NCBI GenBank assembly: GCA_048013815.1
Contig: CM106585.1
Location: 5,828,001-5,892,000, forward strand
Reading direction: 5' to 3'
Length of the DNA stretch: 64,000 bases
Source of the DNA: Setoptus koraiensis
Lineage: Eukaryota > Animalia > Arthropoda
Shown: positions 22,477-34,072 of the stretch, in pieces
Numbering within the stretch: position 1 is the first letter of the stretch
How the letters are laid out: each line of letters starts with the position of its first letter
Translations under genes and position numbers: made by a program
The notes under the pieces: generated by a model
Told to the model about the DNA's origin: nothing
Seen by the model: only the letters and a program-made list of their open reading frames with translations
The model's database searches: none

Positions 22477-24108
22477 ATGCATTTAGGTAGTGCACAATGT
22501 CGCCTGACGGCTATGCTGTCATTGACTGCAATGTTCTTTTTTGTCGAAATCATTGTTGGTTACATCACAAACTCAATGGCATTGGTAGCGGATTCCTTTC
22601 ACATGTTTAGTGATGTTGTAGCCCTCATAATTGCCTTCATTAGTGTTAGGATGTCACCAAAGAAATGGTCCAAGAACACGTTCGGTTGGGCCAGGGCAGA
22701 AGTCTTAGGCGCCCTTGTCAATGCTGTGTTCTTGTGTGCATTGTGTTTCTCAATTATGATTGAATCTATAAAACGCTTCCTAGACCCAGAACAAATACAC
22801 GATCCTGTTCTCATTTTAGTCGTTGGCAGCCTAGGTCTACTTATCAACTTAATAGGATTGTTACTATTTAAGGATAGCGGCGGCCATCATCATCATGGTC
22901 ACCATCATCATGTCCATCATACGCATCATCATTCGTTACCACAATCAGAAATTGTTATACCAGACATTATTCATCAAGATTCCGATGAGGACAATCACAG
23001 GAACAACCAGGATTTTTTTTACAGCGCTCAAGAGGGCGATCAATTGCAATCTTCCGCTCATAATGACAATGACAATGTTGGAATAAACCAAAAGAAACAG
23101 AATAACAGATTAGCTGATGGAGTAACCAAATTTAGTGGGGCTAGTGATATAAGCAAACATAAAAACAGTAACCAAAATAGATCCCACCAATCGCTTATCA
23201 TGACAGATCGCTCTAGAAATAATCTTTCATCCATAATTGATACAAGTCAATGTGATCAATCCAAGCATAATCATGTAAATAGTAACGATAACAGAAATCA
23301 TGAGCATAGACATCAACATTCAAGCACTCAAATGAACATGAGGGGCGTCTTCTTACACGCTATGGCCGACGCCATTGGTAGTGTCATAGTTATGATATCT
23401 GCAGTGATCCAGATCCTCTATACAGAATGGACCTTTCGCGGCTATGTGGATCCAGCCCTCAGTGTGATTATGGTATGCTTAATATTAAAACATACTTGGC
23501 CTCTTTGTAAGTACTTGATGTTTGTTCTTTAATATCAAATCTAGGCGCAGCTCCACTATTGCGTCACAATTGTTATACTACTTTTACTCAAACTTTATTG
23601 TTATATCTTCCGTTCAATTTATAGTAACCGAGTCTGCCATGATACTTCTGCAGACAGTCCCAACGCACATTCAGGTTGATTCATTGCAACGTCGCCTAAC
23701 AGAGGAGGTTTGTACAATATAGCTAGTCTTAGTGGATAATACATTTGCTCGTTGGTTTCAATCATTTCTAACTAAAATTTATCTCTAACATTTATCCACG
23801 ACAAACAATATTTATGTTATTAGATCCAAGGTGTCATAGCTGTGCATGAGTTCCACGTTTGGCAACTAGCCGGGGACAGGATTATCGCATCAGCTCACAT
23901 TAGATGCCATAATCTACAGGACTACATGCGTATAGCTGGAAAAGTCAAGGAATTCTTCCACAACGAGGGCATACATTCTACTACCATACAGCCCGAATTC
24001 CTCGACCTAGAGAACGAAGTCTTCGAGACGGGATATGACAACTGTGTTCTTGATTGCCCTCCTCTCCATCGAACTAATTGTGCGCCCCAAACTTGTTGTG
24101 GGGTTTAG
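22477..24108 (+). CDS. SLC30A1: Zinc transporter ZnT1/SLC30A1-like (cation diffusion facilitator)
   Basis: LVADSFHMFSD, NTFGWARAEVLGALVNAVFL, His-rich loop, NMRGVFLHAMADAIGS and HEFHVWQLAG motifs. Exons 22477-23506, 23625-23707, 23824-24108. Confidence 0.95.
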
Positions 24109-24686
24109 ATCATATCTAGTTTTGCATGAAACATTGATGGTTTTAACATTTCCAATATCAATCGGTATTTTTCATTATTGGGCATCAAGCTCAAAAGGGC
24201 CACTCCCTCTTAAATCTTAAATCCATTTAAATTCAAGCCCAACATGAATGAATTTATCACCAAGAAAGCCTAGTCAACGCGTGTGGCGTTACTTTATTTT
24301 AAGGCAACCTAAAAAAGACCGTAATCTTGATATAATACTGTACAGGGTGGAGATGAATTTTGAACTCCATCGTTCAAAAAGAAGTCATTTGTAAAGCTCG
24401 CTACAACTCTTTTCACGACAATCTTAATAAAAGGCAAAGTTTAATTGAAGAAAATGTATTCTTTGTACACAACTCAGTATTTTGGAACATATCTAGGATT
24501 CTGCTGTGTTATACATAGATTGTAAGATATTTTAATGATAAAGTAAAGCTGATAGATACAATAGATTATTAGTAATTGATTATGGCAACAAATGTCGAGG
24601 TGACTTAGATTTATCGCGGAGACATAAATAAATCCTTGTGTGACTGGTGTGAAGAGATCTCTCAAGAGACGTTGTTTCGTAGGGCC

Positions 24687-26090
24687 TCAGGCATAGCACA
24701 ACCACCCATCATGAGACATAAGTTCAGCCGCCTCCAGTGTAATATCTTCATCAAGACCAGGTTGAGCAATGGGGTTGATACGATTACTATCATCCAGTCG
24801 CTCCTTCGAATTTTGATTTTTCGGCTCGAGTTTTAGTCCTGTAGGAATTTCATCGAAATATTTAAATGATTTTTCTATTTTTAACCTATCCGAATCGAAA
24901 TCGATTCTCTGTGAGCTCAATAGAAAAGAATCATGAGAATGGAGATCGATCGAGCCAACTTTTGATTGAATGATTTGATTAGCTCGGCTTTTAACTCGCA
25001 AACTTCCTGTCCTTGATTGTAGCCTGAATATAAGTAGAAAAAGCACAGGTATGACTTATGATTATCAAGAATTTCTAACTAACTTTCCTATAGGTATCTA
25101 CAGACTCTATTTATGATGACTCACTCTAGATCATGATCCAAAGTTCCGGATATCTCTGGCGTTTCCAGCGAATCTTTTAGATTGTAACCAGATCTTGTGT
25201 TAGGCTTAATGAAAGTGCTAGACAAAGATATCGAATTATCATTTGCATCAGTTGCTAGTACAACTTTTTGCATCTCTCTAGTATCGGTATCGATGTATCT
25301 GAATTGGCTGGTTGTGATTTCAATCTTTTTATTTTGTGCATCTAAATGGTAGTTTTGGGTGTGATTATAATTTACAATCAATATTCATGGATTAGAGTAA
25401 ACGAACTTCAAGTGTGGTGCTATTCAGACGTTAAATACTAACCCATGAGTAAAGTTGTCCCGTGATCGTTGGAAATTCCAAAATCATTCCCAGAGCTTGT
25501 CAACTCCAGATTATGACCGCTAGTAGCTCTCATTGAGTCTAAAGTCATGGACCCAGTTACCTTTAGAGTGCTATTGATAAGAATTCCGTTTTCTGCAACA
25601 ACTATTCTACCATCAGCTAGTCCAGCCTGTAAGTCAAGATGCATCAAAACAAAATATAATTTTATGAGTAAGCACTCACACACAATGACAATATGACACT
25701 GTCGTCGTTCCAACTCACCTTGGTCAGTTTTGTAGAATTGATGATAAATGAAATAAGAGCCAGGTTGACAATTGAAAGAAGCATTGTGGACGTTAACAGA
25801 AAGTAGAGAATTCTGTTGCTAGATCTCTCTAGAAAGCATTTGGGAATCTTGTAGACATGTGTTCGCTTGGGATCTTCCTCGGAGGCGCCTATGATACTAT
25901 CAGAATGCTTCCTGTGAGCATAAAGTCTGGTTGCAACATTGCTCGAGGTGGAGTTTGGTCCGCTACCATTTGCCAGGCAAACAATTAGTTGATTTTGTTG
26001 GCCATGGATGTGTTGGTTGTCGAAAGCGTTGTCCATCGCATTCAACGTTTTCATGCCATTGCCATTATTTCTAGTAGTAGAAGATTGCAT
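24687..26090 (-). CDS. SGCD: Sarcoglycan, delta/gamma/zeta type, 4 exons
   Basis: HVYKI..RILYFLL..LLSIVNLALISFII type II TM segment and SLETPEISG..DLELQSRTGSL motif. Exons 26090-25719, 25626-25443, 25341-25125, 25023-24687, phase consistent. The C-terminus is uncertain. Confidence 0.8.
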
Positions 26091-26899
26091 AGTGACAAAT
26101 AGTTGCTGACCTTTTCAGTCATGTATACAATAACAAAATTGGAAGGGGAGAATTCACGCTGTAATATGATGAATATTATTTTTTCTCTAGGAACGAATAA
26201 AAACAAAGAACATGTGAGATGAGGACAGGGGGGGGGAGGTGGAAGGCAAGGTATAGTGGGGCCCCAACAATGGAGTCTTGCAGGGCAAAAATTGGGCGGC
26301 GCATGCTATGGCGTAGGCAATAAAAGTGTCGAGGGAAGCCCGGAATCGAGCGCGACTGCGCCCCTGGAGCACGTGCATTTATTACATCATAATATTTGAA
26401 TGTATGGCACTTAGTAAGGGCATCACGTACGAGGGGCAGAACGAGGGGCGCTTTTATAAGGGTAACGCGGTTGGGTCATACACGGCTACGTGTTACATAG
26501 CGGCGCTAATCTCATGTGGGCATCAATCAGAGTAAATGGATGGAAATTTTTAATGCACTAACTTATAATTAACAGTTATGATGTTAGGCGAAACTGCATG
26601 ACATCGATCATGGGACAGGTGAGTAAACTCTGTGCTACAAATATGCGGTTGCTAATAACAATAGGCCGGCTAGCAGAGTTAGAGTTAGCTCAACGACCCG
26701 TCGAATGAGTAAGAGCCATTATTATTATTATTGTTATTATTATTATTATGTGTTTATAAGCGCATTGGCCTGTTTGCAACAAACAAGCTTAACCTCTTGA
26801 TCTCTTGCTGGCGAGCCTGTATGGCTGCGAGTGCGCTGTAACGAGCAAATTGGGCGCAAGTCGGACAGAGGGAGCTAAATATTAAATGAGCTTATGATG

Positions 26900-29800
26900 A
26901 ATAATTGTTCGCTTGTTAGTTACTTTGTTACCGTTGATGTATAGTGACAACAAAGAGCCGTTAAAAATGAAATATGAGATGATGTGTGTGAGCGTTTCTT
27001 GAGCTTGCCAAAGCCGCTAACAGCACAGTCCACGAACACACAGCGTACAATAATTTGTTTTCGGCTTGCGATAGCGAGAATTTGATGAAAAATGCGGCCG
27101 ACATCATCGCCACCTTTATTCCAAATGATTGATTTGTATCTCGCCCATCCTTCCTTTCGTCTTTAATTAGTGCACCAGCGGCAAGCCATTGAGCGGCGGC
27201 GTAAGCAAACAAGTGCGGCCAGGACGAGAGCAGGTGCTGGCCACTCAAACACGGTCAACATGGTCGGGCCGTTCGGTTCGGCCTGCTTACATAAGTGTAT
27301 CGGTGCGCGAGATGACCCAACCGCCGCCGAGCGACTGACCATCTGCACACACACAAGTGGCCCGTTATTGCTGACTCGCTGACCACAGCGCTGTCGAGCC
27401 AGAACATGACAATCGTCGGCGGCACATCATCGGCGGCTGGCCAACTTGGTGAGCGTTGCAGCGAGTCGCCAGCAGCGAGCGATCGGCCGGCCACAATTGA
27501 AAGGGCATCGCGTCAATGTTGGTGGCGAGCGAGTCAGTCGAATGAGTTAATTAGCAGACCGAGAGTGTGTCACTAAACCGCACTTAGCCAAACACCGTGC
27601 AACGGTGCCGGCGTCAAACGAAAACAAACAAACACTCAAGATAACTGAACAACAAACAGATTAATTACTGAGCAAATAATAATAACAACAATAACGACGA
27701 TGGTTGGTTTGTTGTTGATGCACTGCAACGATTAGATTGCGCACTTTTCCATCAAGCGCTCACTTGCGCACAATGGCCGGCCCATGCAACAGCCAGCCAG
27801 CCAGCCAGCGACGGCCCAAAATCAACAAGCCAACAACCGCAATTACGTGGGCTTTCCAATCGGCCGCCCGACAGCGCATAATGGATGAAAGAAGCGGGGC
27901 CGGTGCAACTCGAAGCGACACGGCCAGCGCATAAACATCATCACATGTTGCGTATCACATATAAATAATGTTGCCAGATCGCACAGCGTCTGGCGGCGTG
28001 CTCGCTTGCCATGAGCGCCAGCAGCGGCGGCAATAATAATAATAGTAATAATGACGATGACGATGATGATATTGCTGGCCCACATCGGTCGCTGCTCAAA
28101 GATCAATTATCGCGAGGAGTTGCCAGTCGCGCAAGACGCTATCAGCGATCATCTGGCCGAGAGAAGCGGCCGCGGCAGAAGCGGCTCGGATCCGTGGGCA
28201 GCATCGGCGGCACCGTTATCTGCGCCGCTCGCCTCTGCACTGCGGGCCGCGCCGCCCGACCGCTGATGATCATTCTGACTGATCCATTCAGACCGTGCAT
28301 CGCGGACTGTGCACTGCGGACTCGCCGCCGCCGAGCTTGCCGCCGCCGAGCTCGCCGCTGCCAAACTCGCAGGGCTCGGCCGGCGGCCGGCCTGGCTCTG
28401 ACGCTGCCGGCGAGCTTGTTGCTTTGTTGTTGCTGGCAGGCGATTGTGTGCGCGACGCTGACAAGTTGCTGCTCCGTCACCCACTAACAAGCGGCCAGTT
28501 ATTTACATTCGGCGGGCCGCTTGCAGTTTGCAGTTCGAGCGGCCGGCCGCTCGCAGTTTGTGCGGCCAGCCGGACATGCGTCCGCGATCGTGCCGGCCGA
28601 CCGGCCGCTCCATGCAGCCCGCTCAGGCCGGCCATGTCCGAAAATGCTGCGACGCTAATGCCGGCCACTCTCGGACTGTGTGTGTGTGTGTGTGTCATGG
28701 TCATGATAACGGCGCACTCGGCGAGACACACAAACAAGATTGATCCAGATTTGGAGGTGAGCGGCTGCTCGTCGCGATAATCGTCTGGCCGGTCGTTATT
28801 GATGACGGCCGAGCGGCTTGGCAGCCTGCCCATTCGTCATTTCATTTTTTGCCGGCTGGCTCGGCGCGCCGGCCGGCCGGCCGGCCGTGTCCAGCGCCAG
28901 TAATTTGTTGCCATTAATCAAGCGCTGCGGCCATTCGCAGAGCGCTGCGGCCATTCGCAGAGCGCTGCGGCCGTTTGGAGAGCGCTGCGGCCGACGCTCG
29001 CAAAGCGCGCCCGATGCGCAGCCACTGGACATAATCTATTCTATTTTGAGAGCCCGTCTCCGCGAGTCTCGGCGAGTCTCGGCGAGCCTCTCGGCTGCGC
29101 GCGTCTCGCCGTGAGCGCAGCGCAGGCCGCGACCGTGCGCCGGTGCCTGCTTGAGTCGATCCAATTTATATTCGAGCGGCCGACGACATCATCGACGGGC
29201 CGCCGACGAGCCTGTGCCGGTGCATGCGGCGCCGTTTGAAATATCGATCGGGTTGCCGAGCGAGCGGCGCCGACAACGCTAATCATCGTCATCGGAGCGC
29301 TCGCCGCGATCTTACGCATCGCAGCCCGGCCGCAATCTCGACGCATCTCTCACACACACACAGGTGAACAGTTGCCCGTCCAGCGGCCGCCGACCGTTAC
29401 TGCGGCCGCCGCCGTCGTTGGCTGGGATCACTCACACACCAGCAATTGTTTAATCCCGCTGTTGCGTCACCGCTGTCGCTGTTACGGTCGCTGTCGCTGT
29501 TACGGTGGCCGTTGCTGGCGCCGCCGTTGCGCCGACCGCCAGACTCGGCGGCCCGCTTCGCTCGCCATATCGGGCACAAAACTGCGAAGCTGGCAAGACA
29601 GCCGAAACAAAAAGCGCCGAGAAGAGGGACGAGGCGGCAAAAAGCGACACCATTGTTGTGTGTGTTGTTGTTGCGCTGCTGCTGCCATGCAAATGGCGGA
29701 CGGCCGGCGCCGATGGATGGCGAGCGCAACAGCGCCAATTGCGCAACTCACTGACATTTCCAAGCGCCAGCCTCTTGGGAAACGGCGCCGGGATAACGGC

Positions 29801-32002
29801 CCGTCGGCCGAGATGCTCTCAATTGGGCAACTGCACACAAATAGGCGAGCTATTTGTGTTAAGTGCCAAATTTATATAAATTGTGTGTGTGTGTGTGTGT
29901 GTGTGTTTGAGTATGTGAGAGTTGCAGGCCCAGCAGCAACAACTAATTACCCGCTCGCTCCAGATAATCGCACGGCTGTGTTGTCGTTATCGCGGCCGGC
30001 TGGCAATATACGCCAATATTGCCAGCCGTATGCCTCGTCGTCTTATGCAACTGTGCGCTGCATTGTGTATCCTACACGATGACGTAAACCTGTTCCTTAT
30101 TACTGTGATCATAAATTACTAACTGGAGCATCTTGCCGCATCGAGCAGCTGCACTCTCGAGAAGCCCAACGGAGCCGGTCGCCGTAAATATCTGTCGTCT
30201 GTCTATATATAGCCCAGCACACACACACACACACACACTGCAGCGGCTCTCGGAGCAAAGATCCGCTCGCTTGATCCATCATTAACCTTCCTCGTTACTG
30301 AGTTGGCCAGCATGCTTGTTGCGCAACAATAACGGTCAACTGTCCCAACCACTTAGGCACAAGTCAAGGTGCGCCGGCGCCGCCAACGGGCTGCATCGAA
30401 ATGCCGAACTGCCCAACGGGATGCAGCCCGAGCGCCGCACAGTTAATTTAATTCAATGCTCGCCGTCTTGAGCTGTTTAATTCAATTGCAAATTGCAATA
30501 ACGATGTGGTAATTAGTAGTCACAAGCGCGACGCCCATGCTCTTAGTGGCCCCGCGGCTCGCAATCTAACCGTGGCCCACAAACGGCCCTCGGCTCGCCG
30601 CACCGCCAAGCGAGCGTCTTAATAAACGCAAACAATGCGCTGCTCGGTCGAGCGGCCACCCGCACCCAGTTGTCATTGGCCGCCCATTTGTCGCTACCGT
30701 TTGCCGCCCGACGGCGATTGTTTGTTAGCGCCCGGGCGATTGTTTGTTCGCGCCCGAGCGGTTGCTCTCGGGGCGACCCGCATTTGCATGCGCCACTCTA
30801 ATTTTAACAATTTCAGCCCAAACTGACAGCTCTCGCCGGCCGGCCAATTAGCGCTCTTGCCACATCGGCTGTGCTCCAAAATGTGGCACACGGCCGCTGC
30901 GGCGCCCATCGCTCACTGTTCGATTGGCTCGCAATCGCCGCAATCGTCGCAATCGCCGCAATCGCCGCAATCGTCGATCGGATCGAGCGCCGAATCGTTG
31001 GCCGCACTCTTAGCGCTGCGAAATGTTTCTTCGGCTCGCCAGCTGTTCGCGATGGCGGCTCGGCGACTCTCGCGCCCGCTGCCGACGACGTCTTGCCAGG
31101 TTGTCGCTGTTGTTGTTGCTGTCAGCGGTTGCTGTCGCCCAATCGGCGCCGCTGACAGCAACAACAACCGCGCCAGTGGATGAGATTTGATTAGATTAGA
31201 TGCGGCGCATCGATGAGACACAACAGATGTGCGCAATGGTTGCGCGTCTATCTGACAGATAGTATCTGTCATCGTTATCGATTGGCACGCAAACACACAC
31301 CGATGGCAACTCTTTGAAGCTGCTCGCAAACGCATACATTGGCACAAATATCAGCCTCAATAATAGTGCCGGCGATAATATTTGTGGGCGCGTCAAGACG
31401 CCGCCGTCGGCCGTCAAGTGGAAATCTCCATTTATGAAGTGACTCGATGAATGAAGAGGGTTAATGTATCCCCGACGACCCGGGCGCTGCCAGCCATCAT
31501 TGGATGCGCTCCACGTTCCCAGTCATCGGTCGTCGTCCCCGGCGCGTCAATAGGGCGCGAGCAGGCACTATTGGGCCAGTCGGCGGCACGAGCCACAGGC
31601 AAGAGTAGTTGACCTCAGAATGGAGTAGTTGGCCAAGCGCGCCCTTACGAGGCTTATATGTTGCATAAGTTGTGTTGCGTAAGTTGTGTGTGCGACGCAC
31701 GCTCGTAGGTCGAGGTCGACGACTCATGAGAGAAAATCCGAGAGCGATCGCACAAACGCCGCGCGACCCGGGTCGTTGATCGGCCGCCGCCGCCGCGGCT
31801 GCAGGATGCCTCATGGTTTCTAGTGGCGCGCCATTGTTGTGCTCGCCGCATCATGCCAGCGAGCGGCCAGCCAGCCAGCGGCGGCCAGCGAGTCATGGCG
31901 CCGCTGTTGCCCGAGAACGCCTAATGGCGGCCGCAACGAGCGCGATGCGCCAGCGAAAAGTTGTTGTGTTGTGCGGTTGTTGTTGTCGTTGCTGTTGTTG
32001 TC

Positions 32003-32036
<34 letters not shown>

Positions 32037-34070
32037 CTGCTGGCGAGCGAAGCCTCTCGCGCCCAGCCAGTTGGCCGGCTCGCCAGCGAATCGCAGAGGT
32101 GAGCCCAGAGTCAAGTTCGTTCTCTCTCATGGTGCATTCACACCGCCACTGTGTGTGCGTGTGTGTGTGTGTGCTCAAGTGTGCCAAGAATACGGCGGCC
32201 GGGCGAGTTGCCATGGCACATTGCGTGTTTGCATGCATCCAATACGCACACACACACACACACACACAGAGTTGAATCGCGACTCGCGAGTCAGTGACCT
32301 CGAGAATGGCGACCTGAGCCCGGCTTAGCGGCGCTGAGTCAGCGCGCGGCTTTGTGCACATTGCCGCGCACGGGCGAGCGACTCAGCGCTGAGTCTGAGC
32401 GGCTGAGAATTTTGAACTCGCGAGACGATTTAAGTGAGAGGCTATTGAACGCGGCCAGCGAGTGCAGCGAACGCCGAATGAGAGCTGCTAGCGCAATGGC
32501 GGCGCCGCCGCCACCAGCAATAATGGCGACAGCATTCGAGTGGGCTGCTACCTCATTCATTCATGCTCGCTCGCTCGCTCTGCGGTAACGAGCGATGGTA
32601 AAAATAGTAATGTGACAGCAGCACAACAACAACAACAACAACAACGACGACGACCCGAGCGAAGCGGCCCATGTGATGCATGGCCTGTGTGTTTATGTGG
32701 CAACGCGCAGCCTGCCCTGTATACTATACAGGCTGTATAGTTGTTTTGCCAGTCTAGGCGGCGCTTCGGTGTGTGCGTGTGTGTGTGTAGCGACGGGCGC
32801 GCAAGCTAACCAGACAGACACACATAGAGAGAATTATTAGCAGGCGAGGGAGCGACGACCGCTCACTCGGCGATTTTTAATTTCAGGCCGGCCGCTGCCA
32901 TTGCGTCCATTGCGTCAGTAGCTTGGTGGCTGGCATCGGCGTAGCAACAGCGCAGGCGACACTGCAACAGTGTACACAAACACAACAAAACGTATCGAAT
33001 CGTGTGCAAATCAATTGGGCCTGTCCAGTGCGCAATCTGCAGTTAACGAGCGCGATTGTATCTTCAATTGTATCGATTTGCGGCGGCTGCCGCATCAGTT
33101 ACCAGCGCACAGGCCCCGCCCTCCCAAGACGGCGCACCGTCGAACAGTGTTAACGTTTGGGCAGCAGCAGCAACGACGCATTCAACAGTTTCGCCAATAG
33201 CACACACACACAAAATAGAAGCCCGCGATTGCCGAGCGCGACACACACGAGCGTTCAGTTTGTCGGGCACAAAGGCTTGCGCACACAGCGAGCGAGCGCA
33301 AACAAGAGCGCCAAGCACGTTGACAGTGAACACACAACCAGCAATTGTTTTGCAGTGCGGCCTCACGCCGGCGCAAACACCCAGCGTGCGCCGAGAGTGC
33401 ATCGTCGAACTATCAGCCAGCAGCGTTAGGTGTCGCGTTGTCGCAGCCATCGGCCACCATTTTGCAGATCACACACACACACACACACACACGAGCGCCT
33501 AGCGAGACAGCACACACAATAAAACAACGTACAGCAACGCAGCGCACAGTGATACGTCGCGCAGCAACGATACGCCACAGACAATAGCAACAATAATAGT
33601 TAGTAGACGAGTTAGCGCTGTTTACGTGTGGCGGCCACGCCGCTCTGCAAAAAGTTCGCTGATCACACGTGAATGTTGACGCGCCATGTCGGCAGGGTGA
33701 CCAGCGACAAACAAAACCATCGAACAAGCAAACACGAGACACATTGTGCAATATAGTGCGCACCACGAGAGACAAATCGCGTCGAACTGAGCATCGCCGA
33801 TTCACGCGTCCGGCCGCCAAAGTGCAAAAAGTTCGACACACACCGTCAGAGCCAGTTTAAAGTGTCACGCCAGCGCGATGTGCGCCAGACCCGATTCAGT
33901 TTAGTTCCAATTAGTTCAGCAGGCAACGGCGGGCCCCAACATCGGCAGTGATCAGACAAACAATTGTAACAATTAATCGCAATCAATCGCAACCAATCGC
34001 AATTCATCACAATTCATCGCAATTCGTCAAATTAGTGGCCGCCAGGCAGCAAATCAGTCGCGAGCAGCAA
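26900..34070. other. GC-rich, low-complexity non-coding block upstream of the DYRK gene
   Basis: Dense in CGG/GCC, (GT)n, (TTG/CTG)n and short tandem repeats. The many overlapping Ala/Arg/Cys-rich ORFs show no family motifs. Confidence 0.7.
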
Positions 34071-34072
34071 CC

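Noticed and set aside
27163-34007. Dozens of overlapping Ala/Arg/Cys/Gln-rich ORFs
   Set aside because: Expected in GC-rich, stop-poor repeat DNA; no domain motifs or consistent splice structure.
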